Source: a virus
Taxonomy: Duplodnaviria; Heunggongvirae; Uroviricota; Caudoviricetes
IMG/VR virus record: IMGVR_UViG_3300022468_000286
Direction: 5' to 3' (one strand)
DNA: 64,000 nt
Shown here in pieces: positions 54,983 through 63,636 of the stretch. Made by a program: the position numbers and the translations under genes. The notes beneath the pieces are model-generated. The model worked only from the letters and a program-made list of their open reading frames with translations, did not search any database and had not been told where the DNA came from. How positions within the stretch are numbered: position 1 is the stretch's first letter; every line of letters begins with the position of its first letter.

Positions 54983-55399
54983 TTACTTCTTGAAAATATT
55001 TTCGGAACCTACTTCGCGGATTTCTTGGATTTGACTTTTCACATGATATTCTCCTAGATTCCCAAAATAAACCTTGTTCTCTGTCTCTTTTTTCACAACC
55101 CTAAGAACACCTTCAGGGAAGCCGGAACTATAGATTACTACAGTTTTGCCTTCAAGTGTAGGGGTAAACGGACGAACTACTGCACCTTCAATCTTAGGCT
55201 CAGAGAAGAATAGTGTACGAGGGAAAGAGGCATATCGCTTCCCATCTTTTGTGAAAGTATCCTGCCCGCGAGTTACGCCAAACGTAACTCGAACAGGGAA
55301 ATCACAGTCCATCTTGTTAGCAACATCCGTTACAAGACCCTTGCCGTAAATAACATCCCAGACCACATCACCGACTTGAAATTCGCTTGCTTTTTCCAT
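54983..55399 (-). CDS. Hypothetical protein
   Basis: 138 aa. Confidence 0.3.
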   Translation of the reverse strand: MEKASEFQVGDVVWDVIYGKGLVTDVANKMDCDFPVRVTFGVTRGQDTFTKDGKRYASFPRTLFFSEPKIEGAVVRPFTPTLEGKTVVIYSSGFPEGVLRVVKKETENKVYFGNLGEYHVKSQIQEIREVGSENIFKK

Positions 55400-55423
55400 G
55401 ATAACTCCTTTGTTTTTTTAAAT

Positions 55424-55621
55424 TTAGAAACTGTAACTGTAACGGTATACTGTTTCTTTACAATGCTGCTCAGGGCACTTGACGGATAGGAAATCGCCGT
55501 CACGATGATCTGTGTTGTATTTATACTCTTCAAACGAAAGAGTAAATACACAACCACATGACTTGCAGGTTTCAGTATACACTTTTGCAAGCTTAGGTGC
55601 CCCGGCTCGGATAATTCGCAT
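55424..55621 (-). CDS. Small Zn-ribbon protein
   Basis: 65 aa with CKSCGC...KCPEQHC. It is the first gene after promoter 55631..55682. Confidence 0.35.
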   Translation of the reverse strand: MRIIRAGAPKLAKVYTETCKSCGCVFTLSFEEYKYNTDHRDGDFLSVKCPEQHCKETVYRYSYSF

Positions 55622-55630
55622 AACTTCTCC

Positions 55631-55682
55631 TTCGTTTGTTTGTTGATGGGTGAATTGTACCTATTCTTCTGAAGAAGTCAAG
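55631..55682 (-). promoter_or_regulatory. Sigma70-type promoter TTGACT-N17-TACAAT with conserved leader (minus strand)
   Basis: The minus-strand read is ttgact-tcttcagaagaataggg-TACAAT-tcacccatcaacaaacaaacgaaggag. Confidence 0.55.
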
Positions 55683-55700
55683 ACTTCCTTCCTACAATTC

Positions 55701-56069
55701 CTACACTTCTTTGGTGAAGGTACAGTCTGCATCATACCATTTCTTGGTCCCATTCTTGAAGTGAACAACTGTCTCATATCCCTCTTGCATCCAACGACTG
55801 GGCCACTTTCGGTTAGATTTTACACCAAGGATTTCACCATAGACCATAGGGACTTTATCGCCGCTGCTATATGCACTGTACCAACGATCACCGCAGCACG
55901 GGCAGTCCCTCATAGACTGGCACCCGTCGAAATAAATACCAATCTCTTCCGCTATTTCGTCTGCCACCCTTGCGCTGTCGGCTTCGATTACAACGTGATG
56001 TGTAATGCCAGCATCTTCGTCAAAGATGAAAGAGCCGCCGGAATTATTTTGTGAATAACGATAGAACAT
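55701..56069 (-). CDS. Hypothetical Cys-containing protein
   Basis: 122 aa. Confidence 0.3.
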   Translation of the reverse strand: MFYRYSQNNSGGSFIFDEDAGITHHVVIEADSARVADEIAEEIGIYFDGCQSMRDCPCCGDRWYSAYSSGDKVPMVYGEILGVKSNRKWPSRWMQEGYETVVHFKNGTKKWYDADCTFTKEV

Positions 56070-56088
56070 ATTTTCTCCTTATTGTTTA

Positions 56089-56472
56089 TTAAGACTTGAT
56101 TTTATTATTTTTCTTGATCTCTTGGATCATCCAGTCCAACCAAGCCTGACGAGTACGTTGAAGCTTACGTTGGTTTTCCTTATTCTTCCAGAAATTCGTA
56201 TCACCATCCCACTTGTCAACACCGCGAACGTAAACATTCACCCAAGTCTTCAATGAGAATTGCGAGGTAAGAAGTTCATTAATCCAATTTTTAAGCGCAA
56301 ACTTAACCATCCTAAATTCCCAATCTGAATAGATGTTTGAAATGTTATCGCAGATGTGGGGAGAGACAGTCCGCTCGTGATCTTCAGGGAGGCGCTTTTT
56401 GACTTCCTTCAGGATTCGGATTGCTTCGATTGCCAGACTCTTATACTTGAATTTCATGGTATGCTCCTTCAC
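56089..56472 (-). CDS. Hypothetical protein
   Basis: 127 aa. Confidence 0.3.
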   Translation of the reverse strand: MKEHTMKFKYKSLAIEAIRILKEVKKRLPEDHERTVSPHICDNISNIYSDWEFRMVKFALKNWINELLTSQFSLKTWVNVYVRGVDKWDGDTNFWKNKENQRKLQRTRQAWLDWMIQEIKKNNKIKS

Positions 56473-56657
56473 TTTGTAACGACGATTTCAGCTTGAATGC
56501 AGGTAGCTTTTACTTGTGTACCGTTCTTAAACGGCAGATTGTTCAGGACATGCTCGCACGTCTGTTGTGTCTTGAAGTGCCCTACTACCGTTGTAGTACC
56601 AATACTGCCGTACCCGTAGCTGACCGAAATCAGCATCCACACCATGACTGTATTCAT
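56469..56657 (-). CDS. Small hydrophobic/secreted protein
   Basis: 62 aa. Confidence 0.25.
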   Translation of the reverse strand: MNTVMVWMLISVSYGYGSIGTTTVVGHFKTQQTCEHVLNNLPFKNGTQVKATCIQAEIVVTK

Positions 56658-56860
56658 TTAACTACCCTTCTCTGAAAGTTATTGCAATAATCCTTCAAAA
56701 CACCGAAGAATACACCATTTTGCTTGTCACTCCAATTCTTCGTACAAGTCATCCAAGGGTATCCATGAATGACACCACTCTGAGAGTGCTTGCAGTCTTC
56801 GCACTTACGTCCATTGGATAAGTCCTTGGTACCACAGCCTGAAAGGATTTCTCTTTTCAT
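56654..56860 (-). CDS. Small Cys-rich protein
   Basis: 68 aa. Confidence 0.25.
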   Translation of the reverse strand: MKREILSGCGTKDLSNGRKCEDCKHSQSGVIHGYPWMTCTKNWSDKQNGVFFGVLKDYCNNFQRRVVK

Positions 56861-57064
56861 TTATTCTCCCGTTAGTTTTTTCATCGGTTCAGCGAAGTGC
56901 TGAAAGACGGATTCTACAAAATTACATTCAAATTCGTCAAGCTCTCGAATTTTATAGTCAAAGTCCCGAGTCTCTTGCTGCCGAGGTTCACTGTACCACA
57001 GTTGCCAGTTATCAGAAGACGATCTTACAAGGTAATGCCGAGAATTCTTCAGATAGACCTTCAT
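56861..57064 (-). CDS. Small hypothetical protein (first gene of promoter-proximal operon)
   Basis: 67 aa with RBS aaaggag. Confidence 0.3.
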   Translation of the reverse strand: MKVYLKNSRHYLVRSSSDNWQLWYSEPRQQETRDFDYKIRELDEFECNFVESVFQHFAEPMKKLTGE

Positions 57065-57070
57065 GGTTTA

Positions 57071-57120
57071 CTCCTTTGTTTGTTGATGGGTGAATTGTAG
57101 CGCATGCATCGTGCATGTCA
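57071..57120 (-). promoter_or_regulatory. Consensus sigma70 promoter TTGACA-N16-TACAAT with conserved leader (minus strand)
   Basis: The minus-strand read is TTGACA-tgcacgatgcatgcgc-TACAAT-tcacccatcaacaaacaaaggag. It is near-identical to 55631..55682. Confidence 0.6.
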
Positions 57121-57324
57121 AGACGTTCGCATCGCCCTTGGTGCTACCAGTACTGTACTAAAGTATTCTATTGGAACTACTTATGTAGTTATATTTATCA
57201 ATGTAGTTTGTATAGAAAGACCAATGAAGTATTATTTAGTGTACTACTGTAGAATTCTAAGGATTGCCTTCGGATTGTACTGCTCTTGAAAATTCTTGTC
57301 AAGCTTTATTTTTGTGCCAAAGAC

Positions 57325-57352
57325 TTGCGCTGTGCCTTCGTTGTGCTACAAT
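57325..57352 (+). promoter_or_regulatory. Candidate + strand promoter TTGCGC-N16-TACAAT
   Basis: ttgcgctgtgccttcgttgtgctacaat. The -10 context gctacaattca is shared with the minus-strand promoters. Confidence 0.35.
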
Positions 57353-57553
57353 TCAGCATTGACTTCACTTCAGGAGCATCTTATGCAATCACAAAACGAA
57401 AATTCTAGCACAGAACTTGACCTGCACCGAGCGGTAGACACCTTGTCTAAGCTCTGGCTTTTTCACGTATGACACCAGAGTATCAGGAAATGTCAGACTA
57501 CGTAGACACTAAGCTTAAGAACAAGATGTGGCTGCAAGGGCAAGAAGGGTCGA

Positions 57554-57730
57554 ATGATGCTTAAGAGAACCAAAAGCCCATACACACACGAAGTGAAGTA
57601 CTGGACGCATTCCAAGATTTCAGGTAAGGTACACTCTTCGTTCAAGACTACCGCTGATGCCGTGAAGTGGCATGTAGAGCAGATGCAAAGAAGTGGTCTA
57701 TGCTTTGATATCGAAGTAAAGAAAATTTAA
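57554..57730 (+). CDS. Small hypothetical protein (58 aa, not in ORF track)
   Basis: ORF MMLKRTKSPYTHEVKYWTHSKISGK... Confidence 0.2.
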   Translation: MMLKRTKSPYTHEVKYWTHSKISGKVHSSFKTTADAVKWHVEQMQRSGLCFDIEVKKI

Positions 57731-57733
57731 ACT

Positions 57734-57907
57734 ATGAATACATTTACAGAAATTCAGGTCAAGAAACTTCTAGAATCCAGACACAAGACGGAAGACGGTA
57801 AGCCGATAGATCAGGTTTGGTTCACCAGAAAAGAAGTTCTAAAAATCCTTGACAACGCTCAAAAAGAATTGCAAAATACCACATCAAACAACATAAGGAG
57901 TAAATCA
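57734..57907 (+). CDS. Small hypothetical protein (57 aa)
   Basis: ORF MNTFTEIQVKKLLESRHKTEDGKPIDQVWF... Confidence 0.2.
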
Positions 57908-58080
57908 TGAGTTTTATTATTTTGATTATTTTGCTGGTGCTTTACTTTGTGCCAAGCATCGTAGGCTACAGCCGTAACCACAAGCAGACTACACCAATCC
58001 TGCTGCTGAACATCTTCCTCGGATGGACTGCACTGGGATGGGTTGCAGCACTGGTGTGGGCCAGCATGAAGCAAGACTAA
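57907..58080 (+). CDS. Superinfection immunity (Imm-like) small membrane protein
   Basis: 57 aa, MSFIILIILLVLYFVPSIVGYSRNHKQTTPILLLNIFLGWTALGWVAALVWA. This matches the LGWT..GW..AL.WA Imm_superinfect pattern. Confidence 0.45.
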   Translation: MSFIILIILLVLYFVPSIVGYSRNHKQTTPILLLNIFLGWTALGWVAALVWASMKQD

Positions 58081-58354
58081 ACACACTACAAGGAAAAATA
58101 AGTGAAGAATTTTGAAATGGAAGTAGGCGGTCGTGTAGCTATGGCAAACCAGCATGGTCAAACAAAGAAGCCTTACCGGCAAGAGAAGCAGAAAGAAAAG
58201 CGCAAGCCTGACTACACTGGTGCGCGCCAGCAGAAGCGAGGTGAATAATAATGAAGAAGCCTAAGATCGTTGTTGTATTTAAGGTGAAGGTAAACTATAA
58301 GTCCGGTATTTCAGAAATTCATCCATCGTAAACAAAGCAACCAAGGAGTAACTT

Positions 58355-58729
58355 ATGAAGAAATTAATCCCTGCAGTACAGAATTTTGCACCAGAAGTCG
58401 GCGATACTATCGTGACTGCTGAACGTGGAGAATATATTTGTGTACCTCTGGATGATCTGGAGTACACCAACTCACCCTCTGCTGCATTCAAAGGTACAAA
58501 TGAGTATGGCTTCTCTCGTTGGAAGTCAAACGGTGTACCTGCCTCAGAAATGGTCTATGACGATCATATAATGCAGGCATACCAAGTAGTGAAGATTATC
58601 AAGAAGAAGAATAACAAATCTCAAAATCCTGTGAGTATTCCTGAAAATAATCTAGAATTCCGTGTACGTGTCCTCGAAAAGGAAAACGAAATTCTTACAC
58701 GTCTTTTGATGAAGGAGGGTAAGCTGTGA
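58355..58729 (+). CDS. Hypothetical protein
   Basis: 124 aa. Confidence 0.3.
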   Translation: MKKLIPAVQNFAPEVGDTIVTAERGEYICVPLDDLEYTNSPSAAFKGTNEYGFSRWKSNGVPASEMVYDDHIMQAYQVVKIIKKKNNKSQNPVSIPENNLEFRVRVLEKENEILTRLLMKEGKL

Positions 58730-58995
58730 GTATGTTTTTGATTGTTTATTTGATCAGTGTTATTCTGATGTTGACTTTTTACTGGATTGATTGCAAGAAC
58801 ACAAAGTACCGAGATATTACATACGGTGATCTTTTGATTTGTTTTGTATCTAGCTTCTTGCCAGTAGTAAATACTTTCTTTGTGGCGCTATGCCTGTGGA
58901 TGTTTATTTATGGTGCAGAGTTCTGGTCCAAGACTGCTATCAAGGGCAAACAGCCCCCTGAGAAGAAACTTTATTTTGATAATGAAGGGTACTGA
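58726..58995 (+). CDS. Small 2-TMD membrane protein (paralogue A)
   Basis: 89 aa containing YWIDCKNTKYRDITYGDLL...FLPVVNTFFVAL. Confidence 0.4.
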   Translation: MSMFLIVYLISVILMLTFYWIDCKNTKYRDITYGDLLICFVSSFLPVVNTFFVALCLWMFIYGAEFWSKTAIKGKQPPEKKLYFDNEGY

Positions 58996-58996
58996 T

Positions 58997-59254
58997 ATGA
59001 GTTTACTGATTATTTCTTTTGTGGTTTATTTCTTGTCTTGTCTTATTATGGCTTCTGGGTTGTACTGGTTCAACCTCCGAGATAACATGCGTGATACCAG
59101 TCTTGGCGGTTTTACTGCGTTTGCGGTATTGGCTTTTACTCCCGTGCTTAATACTCTAATGGTGCTACTAGTTCTTTTCTTGCTATTCGAGCAGTACGTA
59201 TATGAGCCTTACATCCAGCCTGCGATGAAGTGGAAACCATTTGCTAAGGATTAA
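58997..59254 (+). CDS. Small 2-TMD membrane protein (paralogue B)
   Basis: 86 aa containing YWFNLRDNMRDTSLGGF...FTPVLNTLMVLL, the same pattern as 58726..58995. ORF-track 58880 is an N-extension. Confidence 0.4.
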   Translation: MSLLIISFVVYFLSCLIMASGLYWFNLRDNMRDTSLGGFTAFAVLAFTPVLNTLMVLLVLFLLFEQYVYEPYIQPAMKWKPFAKD

Positions 59255-59275
59255 ACTTCCTGCTACAATGCAGGC

Positions 59276-59809
59276 ATGAAAAATCTTAAACAAAAAGCTA
59301 AAGTATTTCTGGGAATCTGTCTAGTGGCACTAACACTGTCGCTGGACAACCCAGAAAATACTCTAAAGACTCGAAGCACTTCTGGATTTGTTGCAAATAT
59401 CCAACACATTGAAACAGAAAAGAAGTGCATCAAGGAAGCTCTTTACTATGAAGCTCGTGGTGAAGGTGAGCAAGGCATGCGTGCCGTACTTGCAGTCATT
59501 CATAACCGTACAAAGGCAAAGGGATTCCCTGAAACTTATTGCAAAGTAATCCACCAGCCTTTACAATTCAGCTATCGCAACGGAACACAGCCCGGCATTC
59601 ACATTGAAATAAAGCCCATTAAAGCCTCTGATAAAGTGGCGTATGACTTAGTATCAATAATTGCTGAAGATGCCGTAAACGGGCGATTAGAGCCCTTGCT
59701 AGGGCCAGATGTATTGTGGTATCATACGAAGGATGTTAAGCCGAGGTGGTCTAGGTTCATGAAGAAAGTGAAGACTATATCTAAGCATCATTTCTTTAGT
59801 AAGGAGTAA
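59276..59809 (+). CDS. Secreted SleB-type cell wall hydrolase (Hydrolase_2 family)
   Basis: A signal peptide is present. The motif is ALYYEARGEGEQGMRAVLAVIHNR. Confidence 0.55.
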   Translation: MKNLKQKAKVFLGICLVALTLSLDNPENTLKTRSTSGFVANIQHIETEKKCIKEALYYEARGEGEQGMRAVLAVIHNRTKAKGFPETYCKVIHQPLQFSYRNGTQPGIHIEIKPIKASDKVAYDLVSIIAEDAVNGRLEPLLGPDVLWYHTKDVKPRWSRFMKKVKTISKHHFFSKE

Positions 59810-59810
59810 T

Positions 59811-60005
59811 ATGAAAGAAGAAACACCAGCGACAACTTGCCAGCATCCGCTGATAACAAGCACTTACTCTGCTGGTGTGCATTGCTATAAGTGCAAAGAA
59901 CCACTTGTTAGCTTTTTCATGCCAATTTCTAGAAAAACACCTGCTGGAGCGGTGATTTATGCAATAATGCGAGACATAGACAAAGGAGAGCCACATCTTT
60001 ATTAA
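59811..60005 (+). CDS. Small Cys-rich protein
   Basis: 64 aa with CQHP...CYKCKEP. Confidence 0.25.
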   Translation: MKEETPATTCQHPLITSTYSAGVHCYKCKEPLVSFFMPISRKTPAGAVIYAIMRDIDKGEPHLY

Positions 60006-60176
60006 GAACACTGAAGCAGTCTGATCCGGCAGATGCTGGAGGCGCTAAAACAGCAGGGTGCTACCCACCATCATCTCAAGCAGCAATCACAGCAGCAAAT
60101 AAACGCCTGAACCCTTGACAGGCTCTGTAGGAAGCTTATAATTCCTTCATCAACAGCAACAACGCAGGAGTTTTAT

Positions 60177-60434
60177 ATGTGGACTAATCATTTCAGGAAC
60201 ACTGGTGAATTCATCGAAAAGGACCATGAGCACTCTTTCACTTACCGCAAGACTGATGATTTCTGGGCAGTCTCTAATGGATTGATTCATGAGATTGATG
60301 TTTATGATGGTATTCGCTTTGGTGTTGTGAAAAAGACTGTAGCGTATGTCTGCACTGACGAGGATGACAACGGCAAACCTGTACTCAACAAGTGGCAGAT
60401 CAAGAAGCACAATATTTATCCTAAAAAGCACTAA
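60177..60434 (+). CDS. Hypothetical protein
   Basis: 85 aa. Confidence 0.3.
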   Translation: MWTNHFRNTGEFIEKDHEHSFTYRKTDDFWAVSNGLIHEIDVYDGIRFGVVKKTVAYVCTDEDDNGKPVLNKWQIKKHNIYPKKH

Positions 60435-60439
60435 AAGTC

Positions 60440-60700
60440 TTGAACAGATTCCTAGAGACTGTACAATCCCTCTATCAACAGCAAAACAGGAATTTTATGA
60501 AGATCACTTGGACACGCTCTTGGCAGAATGAATCATGGGAATATCTCTCTAGCAATGGTGCTAGGGTTTATCGCTATGAAAAGAAGCCTTTCTGCCAAGA
60601 GTGGGGAGTTCAGCTTCCTACATGGAAGACCGGCGACGGTGGTTTTCGTTCGATGAAAGAGGCAAAGGAGTTTGTTCGGAAACTAGCGGAAGAATCCTAA
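60440..60700 (+). CDS. Hypothetical protein
   Basis: 86 aa. Confidence 0.3.
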   Translation: MNRFLETVQSLYQQQNRNFMKITWTRSWQNESWEYLSSNGARVYRYEKKPFCQEWGVQLPTWKTGDGGFRSMKEAKEFVRKLAEES

Positions 60701-60765
60701 AAATCCTAGACAAATTTCCAGAATCTTCTATAATTCAGCAATCATATCTAGACCAAAGGAATATT

Positions 60766-61236
60766 GTGAAAACTGTGAAGCTTGTAACTTGCATTCGCGG
60801 CATTGACTCTGTAAACGCAGATAAAAATGACTGCACAGTTCGTGCGTGGGCTAATCATTTCAATGTCTCTTACCAAGAGGCATATGAATTCTTGAAGTAT
60901 AATGGCAGGAAGGATGGCAAAGGAATGTCTGCAGATGACCTTGAAAGGCTCTATAGGAGCAACGGAGTTCCTTTGTATGCTGTTGGTACTACTCAGCAAG
61001 CTAACCGTCTGCATTACATTCTGCGCCGTCCTAGAATGAAGGGTTGTACACTGGAAAATCTCCTGAAGCGTAAGGAGTTCCAGACGGGCTTGCATTCCGT
61101 TCTGGTGAAGAATCATATCATTGCCATAAAGGATGGAAAGTGCATTGACAAGGTGAATTACTTGCGTGCAGGCACTCGCGTTACTGGGATTTTTACAACT
61201 GCACAAATCCAAGAAGTCTTGACTATATTTTCCTGA
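60766..61236 (+). CDS. Hypothetical protein (probable GTG start)
   Basis: ORF-track 60601..61236 overlaps the previous gene. A GTG at 60766 follows an aaagga RBS. Confidence 0.25.
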   Translation: MKTVKLVTCIRGIDSVNADKNDCTVRAWANHFNVSYQEAYEFLKYNGRKDGKGMSADDLERLYRSNGVPLYAVGTTQQANRLHYILRRPRMKGCTLENLLKRKEFQTGLHSVLVKNHIIAIKDGKCIDKVNYLRAGTRVTGIFTTAQIQEVLTIFS

Positions 61237-61273
61237 GTAGTATAATTCCCTCATTAACAAACGGAGAAATTTT

Positions 61274-61534
61274 ATGCAAAATGCCAAGAGTATTTCGAAA
61301 TTTGAACAACTCGTTAAGCTAGAGTGGACTGCTTCCCGTGCCCTGAACAGCATCAAGGCTTGGGCTGATGCTGATACAAAGAAGGAACTTCAGCAAGCAG
61401 AGTACATTCTGAACTGCGTTCGTGCTGCTGGGCAATTCATGCTGGATGAAAGCATTCCAGAAGAGGATAAGAGGCAGATTATGCAAGACTTGGCTGAAAA
61501 TCTCTATGGAAATGTTTTTGGGACTTTTCTGTAG
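61274..61534 (+). CDS. Hypothetical protein
   Basis: 86 aa. Confidence 0.3.
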   Translation: MQNAKSISKFEQLVKLEWTASRALNSIKAWADADTKKELQQAEYILNCVRAAGQFMLDESIPEEDKRQIMQDLAENLYGNVFGTFL

Positions 61535-61736
61535 GAATTTCGGAATTATTTCAGGAAAAATCCCAAAACATTTACAAACGCAGGTACAATACTCAAAATG
61601 ATTACGATGAGCAAGAAGAATAAAATGCAAGTACCTGCGCTAAAGCCTAGAAATCCCACTAAGGTAAAGCGCAGTACAATCAAGCATAAGAATTCCCGCA
61701 GAGAACAAGAGATCAACCCTCCAAAGGAGATTACTG

Positions 61737-62303
61737 ATGAATGAATGCGAAGATTATAGCAAGCCCCCTTTTGAAGTAGGCGATGAGGCTGCAGAAAGGG
61801 CCACTTGCCGCACTTATACTGTAGAGGCAAAGGAATTTGTTGACGAGCAGTGGCTTATTAAGGTTGGTGGTGAATCTAAGTACTGGGCTTATGCCAACGC
61901 CTTTATGAAAACCATCAAAGTATCTGTTGGGGATGTGATCATCACAAACACTGGGCATAAACTCACCTGCACGGCAAAGACGGAATCAAACATTGCTGGG
62001 TATCATGACGAAACAGCAAAGTACACTCAATGGGATAAATGCGGTAATTACGTAACAGGCGGGCAAGTTGGAAGCATCAAAGAAGTACATAGCCATACGG
62101 AGATTACAGATACAGCAGAACCAGAAGAAAAGAAATACACCTTGAAACAACTTATGGCTGCACTGGAAAGTAAGTTTCCGAATAACGGCTGGGGTAGTAC
62201 AATTGCTCACGATAGTCTTCAAAAAGCCCTAGACACATTGGCTGACCCAGAGTACAATGAATATCTTCGGTTGAAGGCAAAGTTCGATACAAAGAAAGGC
62301 TAA
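61737..62303 (+). CDS. Hypothetical protein
   Basis: 188 aa. Confidence 0.3.
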   Translation: MNECEDYSKPPFEVGDEAAERATCRTYTVEAKEFVDEQWLIKVGGESKYWAYANAFMKTIKVSVGDVIITNTGHKLTCTAKTESNIAGYHDETAKYTQWDKCGNYVTGGQVGSIKEVHSHTEITDTAEPEEKKYTLKQLMAALESKFPNNGWGSTIAHDSLQKALDTLADPEYNEYLRLKAKFDTKKG

Positions 62304-62304
62304 T

Positions 62305-62511
62305 ATGATGCTCAAGTTCAGTGCTCCACAGGCACTTGATATTCACATGCAGTGTACAATGAAGGAACTACAAAACCTTCGTAGCTGTATCGGTAAGATG
62401 AATCGTTTTGATCTTTTCAGAGCAGGCTGTACTATAGAAGAGGTACAGAGTCTTTCGGATTTTCACAATGACCTTACGCTTATCCTGTCACGAACGCAGA
62501 CTGAAGGTTAG
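62305..62511 (+). CDS. Small hypothetical protein
   Basis: 68 aa. Confidence 0.25.
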   Translation: MMLKFSAPQALDIHMQCTMKELQNLRSCIGKMNRFDLFRAGCTIEEVQSLSDFHNDLTLILSRTQTEG

Positions 62512-62626
62512 CCTAGAAATCCGCGTCAGGGCCTGCTGGAATTAAAAAGCCGTGTCGGGTCTTGACCCAAAAATCCACTTTGGGTATTGCTAGATAAGAA
62601 TGCTAAGGATAGGCTGCGACCGGGCA

Positions 62627-62760
62627 GTCACGAATTGAACGTATGAGTCGTGACTGACTAGTATGAGTCACGAATTGAACGTATGAGTCGTGACTGACTA
62701 GTATGAGTCACGAATTGAACGTATGAGTCGTGACTGACTAGTATGAGTCACGAATTGAGT
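62627..62760. repeat. Tandem direct repeat, 40-bp unit x 3.35 (iteron-like) with internal inverted repeats
   Basis: The unit gtcacgaattgaacgtatgagtcgtgactgactagtatga is repeated perfectly. It contains the palindrome arms GTCACGA/TCGTGAC. Confidence 0.9.
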
Positions 62761-63112
62761 GCAGAAGTTATAACCTGGCCGTATTAGTAATATCGGGAAC
62801 GATTCAGTCATAGATTATACCTTGGAGTTTGATTTTAATCTATCTAAGTCACAAAGCAGGCGATAAGGTATTTTCTTAAACGCATGAGTTATGGTGTAGA
62901 CTCTGCAGTCACGGAATTACTGTAGAGTAGTTTCTTAAACGCTATGGTAATAATTTATACTGGCATGTTTTCTGCTTTACAGTAAATCTGGAGTGTTGTT
63001 TTATTGTCAATCCCCAGCAAGGCCGTTTTTAGCCCTTTTGAGCGATTCTAGGTGCTACCCTTCACCCATGCACCTAGAAAAGTTTTCCCGCGATTGTGCG
63101 GCTTTTCACAGC

Positions 63113-63121
63113 TTATCCACA
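63113..63121 (+). promoter_or_regulatory. DnaA box (TTATCCACA), copy 1
   Basis: Exact 9-mer consensus. Confidence 0.4.
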
Positions 63122-63146
63122 ACAGTTTTCATAGGGGAAATACAAC

Positions 63147-63155
63147 TTATCCACA
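63147..63155 (+). promoter_or_regulatory. DnaA box (TTATCCACA), copy 2, same orientation 34 bp downstream
   Basis: Exact 9-mer consensus. Confidence 0.4.
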
Positions 63156-63468
63156 ACCCTGATTCTGGTGCTTAAAATTTAAGCATAGACAAAGCTGGCA
63201 TGGCTTTTGCTACGCGTGCGCATGTTATGTAATAGGAAAGCAGAGCAATGGAGGGGAAAATACTGTATGCAAACACATTAGGGTTTCTCCCTAGCATTAT
63301 TTTCGTTTGTGGTATCAGAACAACACTTTTATCTATAGAATTCATTCCATCGCAAGCAAAAGGGTTCCTTCTACCGATACTAGAAGGACGCAAGGGAACA
63401 AGATGGTCAACTGCCCAGCAAGCGATAAAAGTGTGATAGAATCAAGGCTTAGAAACTAGGAAACGAAA

Positions 63469-63612
63469 ATGTCCGAAAATACCAAACTGATCATCAAGGC
63501 TGCCAAGGGTTGGAAATCGTGGGGTCGGTACGCTGCAGAGCGTTTTGCAATCCGCAATAATCTCGACCTGCGTCTTGTACGTCTGGCGCGTCAATTAGAA
63601 GCATCGAATTAA
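63469..63612 (+). CDS. Small hypothetical protein (47 aa)
   Basis: ORF MSENTKLIIKAAKGWKSWGRYAAERFAIRNNLDLRLVRLARQLEASN. Confidence 0.2.
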   Translation: MSENTKLIIKAAKGWKSWGRYAAERFAIRNNLDLRLVRLARQLEASN

Positions 63613-63636
63613 TTCACACAAAAGGAGGATATACTA

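Noticed and set aside
62627-62760. Possible CRISPR array
   Set aside because: The repeats are perfectly tandem with no intervening unique spacers. This is an iteron-like tandem repeat, not a CRISPR.
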